A DNA stretch of 64,000 bases. Source: an uncultured Spirochaetota bacterium. GTDB taxonomy: Bacteria > Spirochaetota > Spirochaetia > SZUA-6 > Fen-1364. The notes beneath the pieces were generated by a model, which did no database searches, had not been told where the DNA came from, and saw only the letters and a program-made list of their open reading frames with translations. Both the position numbers and the translations under genes were made by a program. The number at the start of each line of letters is the position of its first letter. Position 1 is the stretch's first letter. The stretch covers positions 640,001-704,000 of the forward strand of contig CAWAHW010000002.1 of assembly GCA_963781885.1 (NCBI GenBank). The letters are read 5' to 3'. Shown piece after piece: positions 42,870 through 54,883 of the stretch.

Positions 42870-43789
42870 GCCGCCGCTCCTTTCACGGCCGCGCTCACCT
42901 TGCGCGCGGATTCCACGAAGACGGCCTTCTCCTCGTCCGTGAGCACGGGCGTGAGGATGCGCGAGATGCCCGTCTCACCGATCACCACGGGGAGGCTGAG
43001 CGCCGCATCGCGGACGCCGTATTCCCCGTCCAGCGCGACGGAGACGGGGAAGATGCGATGGAGGTTCATGTGAATGGCATCCGCAAGCTCGGCGACGGCC
43101 GCCGACGGCGCGTAGTAGGAGCTGGAGCGTTTGGCCATCTCCACGACGAGGTCACCCGCCGTCCGCGTCTCCTCCACGAGTGCGCTGATGCGCTCGGGGG
43201 CGAGGAGATGGGGGAGCGGGACGCCGGAGACGCTGCAGTAGCGGGGCAGGCAGATCATGTCGTCGGAGTGCCGGCCGATGACCATCGCCGAGACGATCTC
43301 CATGGAGACGTCGAGCTCCCGGGCAATGAGCGCCCGCAGACGGGTGGAGTCGAGGATGCCCCCGAGGCCGACCACCCGCGTGCGCGGCATGCCCGATTCA
43401 CGGACGAACAACGCGGTGAGCGAATCCACCGGCTCGGTGGCGATCACGACGGTGCTTTCCGGGGCGCGCGCGAAAATCTGCGGCGCGAGGCTCCTGACGA
43501 GGCCCGCGTTGCGCGTGAACAAGTCCTCGCGCCGCATGCCCGGCGCGCGGATCGCGCCTGCCGCGACGACGACGAGACGCGAGCCTTTGATGTCGTCCAG
43601 CGATTCCGAGCCGGTGAGCGTGTTGCGGTAGCGGCGGATGGGTGCCGCTTCCATGATGTCCAGCATCTTTCCCTGCGACACCCCGGGCTGGATGTCCACG
43701 ACATGCACGTCCGTGACGCCTTTTTCGGCGATGAAAAAAGCGGCATTTGCGCCCACATTGCCGCCCCCCACGATGCTCACCCAGGCCAT
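42866..43789 (-). CDS. Malate dehydrogenase-like paralogue, divergent
   Basis: GGGNVG, AAGAIRAPGMRREDL, TEPVD, LDSTR, IGRHSD; the stop overlaps the mdh ATG. Confidence 0.88.
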   Translation of the reverse strand: MAWVSIVGGGNVGANAAFFIAEKGVTDVHVVDIQPGVSQGKMLDIMEAAPIRRYRNTLTGSESLDDIKGSRLVVVAAGAIRAPGMRREDLFTRNAGLVRSLAPQIFARAPESTVVIATEPVDSLTALFVRESGMPRTRVVGLGGILDSTRLRALIARELDVSMEIVSAMVIGRHSDDMICLPRYCSVSGVPLPHLLAPERISALVEETRTAGDLVVEMAKRSSSYYAPSAAVAELADAIHMNLHRIFPVSVALDGEYGVRDAALSLPVVIGETGISRILTPVLTDEEKAVFVESARKVSAAVKGAAA

Positions 43790-43971
43790 GGACACCACCT
43801 TTCCGCGTCCGTACGCGAAGCGACGTCAAACAACGCGGCAGCCAGAAGGGATTCGGCGCCGACGATTGCGTTCTCCATGCCTCATTGAACTCCAAAATAA
43901 TATACAGAAAGTCGCGAACGCAAGCGAGCACGATCGCGGAAGGAAAACGCGATTTCGTGCACGAGTATTCA

Positions 43972-44000
43972 TTGACTGCACCGGATTGCGTTATTATACT
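43972..44000 (+). promoter_or_regulatory. Sigma70-type promoter of the atp operon
   Basis: TTGACT, 17 bp, TATACT, ending 9 nt before the atpB ATG. Confidence 0.7.
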
Positions 44001-44009
44001 TGCTTTGCC

Positions 44010-44741
44010 ATGGCGACCTCCGGGCCCGAGACGATCTTCAGCCTTGCCGGATTTCGCGTGACAAATACGCTCCTGGCCACCCTCCTGGTGGACGTCGTGA
44101 TTCTTCTCCTCGTGTTCGGCGTTCGGCGGCGCCTCTCCCTTCGTCCCGGCCGGCTCCAGTCAATCGTGGAAGGAATAGTAGATTACCTGCACACCACCAC
44201 GGAGCAGGTCGCGCAGTCCCGGGCCGCCATGATATTCCCCTGGGTCGCGATTTTTTTCATCTATATTGCTTTGTCAAATCTCATCGGTCTTCTTCCCGGC
44301 TTTGGGACGATTGGCTTTCACCGGCCGGACGGCTTCGTTCCGCTCCTGCGTGTGAGCACCTCGGACCTCAATCTTACCCTGGCCCTCGCCGTTGTCTCGG
44401 TCGTTGCGTCGAACACACTCTCCATCCGCACGCTCGGACTGGGCGGCTACCTGAAGCGGTTCTTCTCCATCAATCCGATGCTTCTTTTCGTCGGGCTGCT
44501 GGAGCTCCTGCAGGAGTTCACCAAGTTCATCACCTTCTCCTTCCGTCTCTATGGGAATATCTCCGCGGGTGAAGCGGTGCTGGGCACGATGTCCGCCATC
44601 GGGGCGTTCGTCGTCCCCATGCCGTTCCTCGTTTTCGAATTGCTCGTTGCGGTCATCCAGGGCGCCATCTTCGCGCTCCTGACCCTCGCGTTCATGACGA
44701 TACTCACGGAATCACACGGCAAGGAGGAATCACACACATGA
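44010..44741 (+). CDS. atpB: F0F1 ATP synthase subunit a
   Basis: SNLIGLLPG, T.DLNLTLALA, SFRLYGNI.AGE, E..V..IQ..IF..LT. Confidence 0.95.
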   Translation: MATSGPETIFSLAGFRVTNTLLATLLVDVVILLLVFGVRRRLSLRPGRLQSIVEGIVDYLHTTTEQVAQSRAAMIFPWVAIFFIYIALSNLIGLLPGFGTIGFHRPDGFVPLLRVSTSDLNLTLALAVVSVVASNTLSIRTLGLGGYLKRFFSINPMLLFVGLLELLQEFTKFITFSFRLYGNISAGEAVLGTMSAIGAFVVPMPFLVFELLVAVIQGAIFALLTLAFMTILTESHGKEESHT

Positions 44742-44950
44742 ACTTCACACTCAGCGTATCAGGCGGGCTCATCGTTGCAATCGGCGGCTCCCTTCCCGGT
44801 CTTGCCATCGGCCTCATTGGCATGAAGGCCATGGAAGCCATCGGCAGGAACCCCGAGGCGTCGGGCAGGATCGTTCCCATCATGATCCTCGCCATGGCCT
44901 TCGCGGAATCCATCGCGATCTATTCGCTGATCTTCGCCTTCCTGCGCTAG
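44738..44950 (+). CDS. atpE: F0F1 ATP synthase subunit c
   Basis: IGRNPEA loop; FAESIAIY. Confidence 0.96.
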   Translation: MNFTLSVSGGLIVAIGGSLPGLAIGLIGMKAMEAIGRNPEASGRIVPIMILAMAFAESIAIYSLIFAFLR

Positions 44951-44965
44951 GCGGAAAGGCACGCG

Positions 44966-45475
44966 ATGGACGCGCTCGGGCGGTTCGGCCTCAACCCGAT
45001 CATGTTCGCGGCCCAGCTGGTCAACTTCCTCGTCATTGCATTCGTGATCTGGCGCTTCCTGCTGCGCCCCGTCATGGCGACCATGAAGAGGCGGCGGGAG
45101 AAGATCGCGCAGGGGCTGGCGGATGCCGACGCGGCGCGCGCGGCGCTCGCACAGGCGGCCGCGGAGAGGGAGAAGATCCTCCAACAGGCCTCCGCGGACG
45201 CCTACCGGCTGCTGGAAAACGCGCGCGACGAGGCCGAGCGTCTTCGCGCCGCCTCGCTGGAAAAGGCGGGCAGGGACGCGGACCGTCTCATTGCGGAGGC
45301 GCGCGCCGCCATGGAGCTGGAGCGGCGCGACATGGAGCGCGCCATCCAGGGGCTGTCGCTGGAGCTGTCGGGGCGCATCCTTGAAAGCGCGATGGAAGGC
45401 CTGTTCAGCGACGAGGAGAAGGCGCGCATCGTCGCGCGCGGCGTGCAGCGCATCGCGCAGGCAGGCGGCAGGTGA
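44966..45475 (+). CDS. atpF: F0F1 ATP synthase subunit b
   Basis: AQLVNFLVI...WRFLLRP.....RRREKI..GL, then coiled coil. Confidence 0.93.
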   Translation: MDALGRFGLNPIMFAAQLVNFLVIAFVIWRFLLRPVMATMKRRREKIAQGLADADAARAALAQAAAEREKILQQASADAYRLLENARDEAERLRAASLEKAGRDADRLIAEARAAMELERRDMERAIQGLSLELSGRILESAMEGLFSDEEKARIVARGVQRIAQAGGR

Positions 45476-45810
45476 AGCGCCTCATCGACATCGCGCTGGA
45501 CGCGGACGGGGAGGTCCGCGACGATGTCGCCGCACGCGTGCTGGAAAGCCTTTCGCGCTCCGATCTGAAGCGATTCCTCGCGGCGCTGCGCCGGGAGCTG
45601 AAGCAGCGGCGGGTCTTCGTCACCCTTGCCGGAGAGGCTTCGGCGGGCATGGACGAATCGATCTCGGGCAGCTACGGAGGGCGCGCGCTTTCCATCGAGC
45701 GCGACGAAAGCATGGGCGCGGGCGTGCGCGTGCGGGCGGGTGACGACATCGTCGACGCGAGCGTCCGCGGATATATCAAAGACATCATCGAAAAGCTCGA
45801 GGGCACATGA
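45472..45810 (+). CDS. atpH: Short F0F1 ATP synthase delta-like subunit (112 aa)
   Basis: Lies between atpF and atpA; C-terminal DESMGAGVRVRAGDDIVDASV motif. Confidence 0.85.
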   Translation: MKRLIDIALDADGEVRDDVAARVLESLSRSDLKRFLAALRRELKQRRVFVTLAGEASAGMDESISGSYGGRALSIERDESMGAGVRVRAGDDIVDASVRGYIKDIIEKLEGT

Positions 45811-47325
45811 AAGCTGAAGATCTCGTCCGGGAGATCGAGCGAAAGCTCGGGAAGGTCAAGGCGGAGCCGGGCGTCGCCAATGTCGGCCGCATCGCAAGCG
45901 TGGCGGACGGCATCGTGCGCGTGGAGGGCTTATCCCGCGCCGGTTTCGGGGAAGAGGTGGAATTCGAGGACGGCCGTCGCGGGCTTGTCATGAATCTCGA
46001 CGAGGATTTCGCCTCCGTGCTCGTCCTGTCGGAGAACACGGACCTCGCGGAGGGCTCCGAGGTGAAGAGCACCGGCCGGCCCCTTTCCATCGACGTGTCG
46101 GAAGATCTCCTGGGCCGGGTCATCGACCCGTTCGGCGCCCCCCTGGACGGCAAGCCGCTCACCGTGACGAACGGAACCGCCATGGCGCTGGAGCGTATCG
46201 CGCCGGGGGTCACGAAACGGGCACCCGTGGAGGTGCCGCTGAAGACGGGCGTGAAAGTGGTGGACGCCCTCACGCCCATCGGCCGGGGCCAGCGCCAGCT
46301 TGTCGTCGGGGACCGCAACACGGGAAAGACCGCCTTCACGGTGGACACCATCATCAACCAACGCGCGAAAGACCTCGACCTGCCGCAAGTCATCTGTATC
46401 TACTGCGCGATCGGGCAGAAGCGCGGCAGCATTGCACGGACGGTTGCAAAGCTCCAGGAAGAAGGAGCGCTGGGATTCTCCGTGGTCGTGGTCGGAAGCG
46501 CGTCGACACCGGCGGCAATGCAATACCTTGCGCCTTTTGCCGCCTGTGCCATCGGCGAGTACTTCATGGAGCATGGCCGGGACGCGCTGGTCGTCTACGA
46601 TGACCTCTCGCGCCACGCGTGGGCCTACCGGGCAGATCTCGCTCCTCTTGGGGAGACCCGCCGGCCGCGAGGCATACCCCGGGGACATCTTCTACCTCCA
46701 CGCGAGGCTCCTGGAGCGCGCCGCGCGTCTTTCCAAGGCGAATGGGGGCGGGTCGCTCACGGCGCTTCCCGTCATCCAGACCCAGGCGGGCGACATCTCG
46801 GCCTACATTCCCACGAATGTCATCTCCATCACGGACGGACAGATCTACCTCGAGTCGGATCTATTCAACTCGGGTGTGCGTCCCGCCGTGAACGCGGGTC
46901 TTTCCGTCTCGCGCGTCGGGGGCAAGGCGCAGTCCAAGGCGCTGCGGCAGGTATCGGGCCTTCTGCGCCTGGAGCTCGCCCAGTACCAGTCGCTCGCAGC
47001 CTTCTCCCAGTTCGGCTCCGACCTCGACGAGGCCACGCAGAAGCGCATCACGCGCGGCAAGCGCATCGTGGAGATACTCAAGCAGGCGCAGTTCTCCCCG
47101 ATGCCGGATCTCGCCCAGACCGTGAGCATCCACGCCGCGGGAGCGGGCCTCCTGGACACCGTGCCGGCGGAGAGGGTGGCCGAGTTCGAGCGGCGGATCA
47201 TGGATCACCTGCGGACGGGCCACGCGGCGCTCTGCGCGAAGCTTGCCACGGCGGCGCGGATGGACGATGAGACGCTGCGCGAGCTGGGTGAGGCCATCAC
47301 GGAGCTCGCCCGGACCCTCCTGTAG
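45807..47325 (+). CDS. atpA: F1 alpha subunit (frameshift at about 46631)
   Basis: [47 protein letters not shown]. Confidence 0.95.
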
Positions 47326-47335
47326 GAGGCAGGCG

Positions 47336-48180
47336 ATGCCGGAGAATCTCCGCGTCCTCAAGGGGCGCATCAGGACGGCAAAGAACATCGGCCAGCTCGC
47401 AAAGACCCTGGAGATGGTCTCCGTGTCGAAGATACGCCGCGCCCGCGGTCTTGCCGACACCGTGCGGCCCTACGCGGAGCGGATCACGGCGCTCACGGCC
47501 ACCACGCTCCGTTCGCTCTCCCCGGAGCAGCGCGATCATGCCTACCTTGGAAGCGCGAAAAGCCCGGCGCGCATCCTGCTTGCCATCGGACCCGACAAGG
47601 GCCTCTGTGGACCCCTTACGGGCAATCTCGTGCGGAAGCTGGCAGATGCCATCGACGACGACACGCTCCTCATCACCGTGGGCAAGCGCATGGAAAGGCC
47701 CGGCGCGCGCCTGGCGGGTGACAGGCTTCTGGCGTCCTTCATGATGGGAGCGCGCCTGCCGCAATACTCGCTGGTCTTCGAGCTGGTGCGCGTCATCAAC
47801 GAGCAGGTGCTCGCGGGCCGGGCATTCACGCTGGACGTCCTGTACGGCAGGTTCGTCTCCTACTTCTCCCAGGTGCCGACCATCGAGCGCCTGCTGCCCC
47901 TGGACACCACTGCCATTGCAGGCGCTGCCGTGCCGCCCGCTTTCGAGCCTGGCAATACCGCACTTCTGGCCGCGCTCCTGCCGCATTTCCTGGAGGTGCG
48001 GCTCTTCGACGCCGTGGTCCAGGCCTTTTCCGCCGAGCATGCCGCCCGGATGGTGGCGATGCAGAACGCCAAGTCGAACGCGCTGGACATCGCGGAAGCC
48101 TTCACGCTGCTGTACAACAAGACCAGGCAGGAGAGGATCACCAGCGAGATCCTGGATCTTGCCAACAAGGGGAAAAAGAG

Positions 48181-48184
<4 letters not shown>
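47336..48184 (+). CDS. atpG: F1 gamma subunit
   Basis: RI.TAKNI.Q...LEMVS.SK, DKGLCG, EHAARMVAMQNA, NK.RQ..ITSEI. Confidence 0.95.
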
Positions 48185-50099
<1,915 letters not shown>

Positions 50100-50163
50100 C
50101 CGCGCTGCTTGACGATGCGGGAAGGCGGTCGGATATTTTCGTTATCAACCAAGGGAGGCTGAC

Positions 50164-50865
50164 GTGAAGGAAAAAGGCGTGACCCAGCTCTTCGACCTTT
50201 CCAATCCCCAGACCGCGGAGGCCATACAGTTCCACCTGCTCGGCGATCGCGAGGGCGCCCTGCGCGCATTCAATGACCTTGTGAAGAAGGACGGGAAGAA
50301 CTTCTTCTTCCATTACCTTCTCGGGGAGACGAAGTACGCCCTCGGGTTCCTGGACGAGGCTGTCCGGCACTACCAGGATGCCATCGACCTGAAGCCGGAT
50401 TTCGGCGTCGCCTACTACAAGATGGGGGTCTGCTACCACCGCCAGGGCGAGCTGGAGAAGAGCCTCCAGTGCTTCACGAAGCTCCTGGAAATGAAGGGCC
50501 AGGGGCACGCGATGGCCAGCTACTTCTTCGGCCTCATCAACCAGCTGCTCGGCAATGACGACAAGGCGGAGGAAGGTTTCCGTGTCTTGCGGAAGGAATC
50601 GCGGCAGTCCCTGATCGCCAATTACTACCTTGCGCAACTGAAGCTGAAACACAACCAGTACAAGGAGGCCCTCGAGCTGCTCGACGAGCTCCTTGTTGCC
50701 ACGCCGAATCTCGCGGAGGTGCATTACCTCAAGGGCATGGTGTTCATGGGTCTGCACCGCAACATGGACGCCATCGGCAGCTTCCGAAAGACCCTGGAGA
50801 TCAACCCGGACGACAAGAGGTCCCGCGCCAACCTGGAAATGCTGACGGAAGTTCCGGAGCCGTAG
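50164..50865 (+). CDS. TPR protein
   Basis: GGAGG RBS; consecutive TPRs (AYYKMG..Y...GE.EK.L..F). Confidence 0.88.
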   Translation: MKEKGVTQLFDLSNPQTAEAIQFHLLGDREGALRAFNDLVKKDGKNFFFHYLLGETKYALGFLDEAVRHYQDAIDLKPDFGVAYYKMGVCYHRQGELEKSLQCFTKLLEMKGQGHAMASYFFGLINQLLGNDDKAEEGFRVLRKESRQSLIANYYLAQLKLKHNQYKEALELLDELLVATPNLAEVHYLKGMVFMGLHRNMDAIGSFRKTLEINPDDKRSRANLEMLTEVPEP

Positions 50866-50875
50866 GGAGCACGCG

Positions 50876-52285
50876 GTGACCGACAAGGATTTCCGCATCG
50901 AAACAGACAGCATGGGCGAGGTGAAGGTGCCCTCCTGGGCATGCTGGGGGGCGCAGACCCAGCGCGCGGTGGAGAACTTCTCCGTTTCCGACCTGCGCAT
51001 CCCGGTCCCGCTCATCCGCGCTCTGGGCATCGTGAAAGGGGCGGCCGCAACGGTGAATGGCAGGCTCGGACTGCTGGAGCCGCGTATCGCCGGGGCGATT
51101 GCGCGCGCGGCGCAGGAGGTGGCGGACGGAGCCTGGGACGCGCATTTTCCCATCGATGTTTTCCAAACCGGCTCGGGCACGTCGTGGAACATGAATGCCA
51201 ACGAGGTGATCGCCAACAGGGCAAACGAGCTGCTGGGCGCGCCGCGCGGCTCGAAGAAGCCCGTGCACCCCAACGACCAGGTGAACCGCGGCCAATCATC
51301 AAACGACGTGATCCCCACGGTCATCTCCATCGCGGACAGGCTCCTGCTGGATCCGCTTGCGCGCTCCATGGAGAAGCTCCACAAGAGCCTGGAGCGCAAG
51401 GCGGCCGAGCTTTCGGGCGTGCTGAAGATCGGGCGGACCCATCTGCAAGATGCCGTGCCCATGACCCTGGGCCAGGAGCTTTCGGGGTATGCGCGCCAGG
51501 TGGAGAAGGCAAGGGCCCTCGCGCTGCGCTGCGCCCCTGCGCTGGAAGAGCTCGCGCTGGGCGGCACGGCCGTCGGCACGGGGATCAACACGCATCCCGA
51601 TTTCGCGCGGCAGGCAATCGCCGCGATCGCGGAAAAGACGGGTGTGCCCTTCCGCGGGGCGGTGAATCGTTTCGAGGCCATCGGCGCCCGGGACTCCCAG
51701 GTCGAGCTCATGGGCGCGCTGAATGCGGCGGCCGTGAGCCTTGCCAAGATCGCCAACGACCTGCGCCTGCTTGCAAGCGGCCCGCGGACCGGCCTTGCGG
51801 AGATCGTGCTGCCCTCCCTCCAGCCGGGAAGCTCGATCATGCCGGGCAAGGTGAATCCCGTGATCCTCGAGATGACGATACAGGCGTCCGCGCGCGTGAT
51901 GGGCTCCGCATTGTCTGTGAGCATCGGCGGACAGTCGGGCCCGCTGGAGCTCAACATGATGCTCCCGCTCATCGCGTGGGAGACGCTCAGCTCATTGTCG
52001 CTGCTGGAGAAAACCTGCGACGCGCTGGCGGTGCGCTGCATCGACGGGCTCGCCGCGGACGCGGCGCGCAGCCGGGAGTGGGTCGAGCGCAGCCTCGCGC
52101 TCGTGACGCCGCTCGCGCTTTCCATCGGCTACGACAAGGCTGCCGCGCTGGCGCACAAGGCCCTGGAACAGAACAGGACTATCCGGGAGATCGTGATCGC
52201 GGAAGGCGTGCTGAGCGAAGCGGAAGCGGACAGGATCCTGGACCCCTCCACCATGCTCGGGCCTTCCGAAACCGGCGTCTCCTGA
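50876..52285 (+). CDS. fumC: Class II fumarate hydratase
   Basis: RIETDSMG, QTGSGT..NMNANEVIAN, GRTHLQDA.P, GSSIMPGKVNP. Confidence 0.95.
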   Translation: MTDKDFRIETDSMGEVKVPSWACWGAQTQRAVENFSVSDLRIPVPLIRALGIVKGAAATVNGRLGLLEPRIAGAIARAAQEVADGAWDAHFPIDVFQTGSGTSWNMNANEVIANRANELLGAPRGSKKPVHPNDQVNRGQSSNDVIPTVISIADRLLLDPLARSMEKLHKSLERKAAELSGVLKIGRTHLQDAVPMTLGQELSGYARQVEKARALALRCAPALEELALGGTAVGTGINTHPDFARQAIAAIAEKTGVPFRGAVNRFEAIGARDSQVELMGALNAAAVSLAKIANDLRLLASGPRTGLAEIVLPSLQPGSSIMPGKVNPVILEMTIQASARVMGSALSVSIGGQSGPLELNMMLPLIAWETLSSLSLLEKTCDALAVRCIDGLAADAARSREWVERSLALVTPLALSIGYDKAAALAHKALEQNRTIREIVIAEGVLSEAEADRILDPSTMLGPSETGVS

Positions 52286-52290
52286 GCGCC

Positions 52291-53506
52291 GTGGCGTCGC
52301 CCTTCAAGGTCGCGATTGTCGGCAACGGCATTGCCGGCATCATGACCGCGGCAAAGCTGCGGGCGCTGGAGCCTGACGCCGAAAAGCTCCAGATCGAGAT
52401 CTACACGCGGGAGCCGTTCGAATACTACTCGCGCATACGCCTGCCGGAGGTTTTCGCCTCCGGCCTCAACGCCGGGGACCTCGCCATTTACAAGACAGGA
52501 TGGTACGAGGAGAAGCGGATCCGCGTCTTCAAGAACCAGGAGGTCGTCCGCATCGACAGAGCGGAGCGCACGGTGGCGATGCGCAGCGGCGTCGAGACGC
52601 CCTACGACGCGCTTGTGCTCTGCATGGGCGCGGACAGCTTCAGGCCGCCCATCCAGGAACATCGACCTGAGCGGCGTGTTTACCATCCGCGAATACGGCG
52701 ACGCGGATGCCATCCGCAGCTACCTGACCGCCGGCACGCGGGATGCCGTCGTTGTCGGCGGCGGCCTGCTCGGGCTGGAGGCTGCCCGATTTCTGCAGGG
52801 CCCCGGCGTCCAGAGCGTGACGATCCTGGAGATCATGCCGCGCCTCCTGCCGCGTCAGCTCGACGAGACCGGATCCCGGCTTTTGCAGGCAGTGATCGAA
52901 CGGCAGGGTTGCACCATACGCCTGGGCGTCGAGGTGGCGGAGTTCACCGGGGAACGCGCCGTGCGGGGCCTGCGTCTTGCCGACGGCAGCGAGCTTCCCG
53001 TCCAGACGGCGCTTATTTCCGCCGGCATCAGCCCCCGGGTGGGAATCGCGCGCGACGCCGGGCTTGCCGTGCGCAAGGGCGTGATCGTGGACGAGCATCT
53101 CTGCACGTCCGACCCGCACATCTGGGCGGCCGGGGACCTTGCCGAGTTCCACGGCGTCGTGTGGGGCATCATTCCCGCGGCCATGGATCACGCGCCGGTC
53201 GTGGCGGCGAACATCCTCGGCAGGGGGCCGTCGGTCTATCACCAGACCATCCCGCAGAACACGCTGAAGGTTGCCGGCATGACCCTCACGAGCTTCGGGA
53301 CGGTCACCGTGGACCCGGCGGAAGAAGCCGCGTACGATGTCGTGGAGAAAGTGGACGCCGCGCTGCCGCGCTACGAGAAGTACCTGCTGCGTGACGGCCT
53401 GCTCACCGGGTGCATCCTCCTGGGCTCGCGCGACAATTACGCTTTTGCCGCCCGGCACATCGGCAAGCCCACGACCCGGCAGGATGCCGCCGCGCGACTC
53501 TGGTAG
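52291..53506 (+). CDS. FAD/NAD(P)H-dependent oxidoreductase, NADH:rubredoxin reductase/NirB N-terminal-like (frameshift at about 52655)
   Basis: IVGNGIAG, YSRIRLP, YDALVLCMG, VGGGLLGLEAA, TSDPHIWAAGD. Confidence 0.88.
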
Positions 53507-53509
53507 CGC

Positions 53510-54745
53510 TCAGCCGCGGCCGTCGATCAGCTCGTTGAGCCTTCTGCGATAGTAGCTGAACTCTTTCCAGTGCACCTCGGGCGGGATGAGGTGGTCGCCG
53601 AAGGGGATGTATCCGCCGGTGGCAAGAACGGCCTTGACCGGCTCAAGGATCTGCTCAATCCGCGCGGGGCCTTTCACGATCTCCGACTTGGGGATTCCCC
53701 CCATGAGCTGGAGCCGAGGATAGAGCGTGCGCACTTTCACGATGTCCACGCCGCAGCTCGCCTCCATTGGATAGAGACCGGTGACGCCTGCCTCGAGAAA
53801 GAAGGGGATCAGGTTCGTGCATTCCCCGTCCGTGTCGACGAATATCGTCTTCACCCCGTGCGCCTTGAGGAAGCCGGTGAGGCGCTTGTAGGACGGCAGC
53901 ATGAACTCCCGCATCGTGTCCGGAGCGACCATGGAACCGGTGCCTGCCGAGATGTCCTCCCAAATCACGAAGAGGTCCACGTCGGTCTGGGCGAGCACTT
54001 CCTCATAGACGGCGATCCACAGGTCCGTGAATGTCCGCTCGATGTCGTGTATCAGGTCGGGCTGGTCGTGGTAGTTGTAGAAGAGGTGCTCGTAGCCCAT
54101 GAGGTGGGCCAGCGTGCCGAAGAAGCCGTGGGGGTATCCGCCGAGTGCCAGCGGATAGTCGCGGTTTCTGTAGCTTTCCACCAGCCGGGGCCAATGCGCC
54201 GGGAACCTTGCCGTGATGTCCCGCGGGGAAAGCCGTTCCTCCTTGAGCCGGTTCCACGTCGGCCAGTCCTTGATGGGGTTCTCCACGGCCGTCGGGATCA
54301 CACCCGTGTGCTTGGAGAAATTGCGCGTCACGCCGTCCACGTCCACGTAGAGGAGGGAATCCTCCGTCTCCTCGAGGATGCTCACGTCGAAGCGCGGGCT
54401 GAACAGGAGGTCCACGTTGACAAGCACCTGCCCCTTGTCCATGGCGCATTCCCGGCGCACGTCGTCGTCCAGCGCGAAACCCTGCGTCGGCCAGTACAGG
54501 CCGCCGCCGAGCACGGCCATGCCCGCGGCAAGCTCGCCGCGCGGCAGCGCGTTCCAGCAGGGGATGTAGAGGGAGGCGGTGGCGGTGGTGATCTTCGTGA
54601 GCGGCCGCGGCGTGCGGTGGCGGGGAAGGCCTTCCCGGTACCAGTTGGCATAGTTGGCGCCCCAGTAACCGAACTCCCATTTCGGCGGGCTCACCGAGTC
54701 GGAGAAGCCTTCCATGACCTCGCGGAAACGTTCCCTGACGTTCAT
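53510..54745 (-). CDS. Uroporphyrinogen decarboxylase (URO-D)/MtaA-like family protein
   Basis: LMGYE...Y..D.P, WEDI....G.MV.P...REF..P.YK, DTDG, P.E, GGYIP..DH. Confidence 0.85.
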   Translation of the reverse strand: MNVRERFREVMEGFSDSVSPPKWEFGYWGANYANWYREGLPRHRTPRPLTKITTATASLYIPCWNALPRGELAAGMAVLGGGLYWPTQGFALDDDVRRECAMDKGQVLVNVDLLFSPRFDVSILEETEDSLLYVDVDGVTRNFSKHTGVIPTAVENPIKDWPTWNRLKEERLSPRDITARFPAHWPRLVESYRNRDYPLALGGYPHGFFGTLAHLMGYEHLFYNYHDQPDLIHDIERTFTDLWIAVYEEVLAQTDVDLFVIWEDISAGTGSMVAPDTMREFMLPSYKRLTGFLKAHGVKTIFVDTDGECTNLIPFFLEAGVTGLYPMEASCGVDIVKVRTLYPRLQLMGGIPKSEIVKGPARIEQILEPVKAVLATGGYIPFGDHLIPPEVHWKEFSYYRRRLNELIDGRG

Positions 54746-54883
54746 GATCGCCTCCCCGGCCGATGACTATGGTCCGTCCCCGGCGCGCGCAATCAGAGGC
54801 GCGACGCTGGAAGATAATTCTGGGCGGTGTCGCTGCCGCGATCCGCCGGGCGCTGGCCGGAAGAGCGTCGACGTGGGTCCCGC

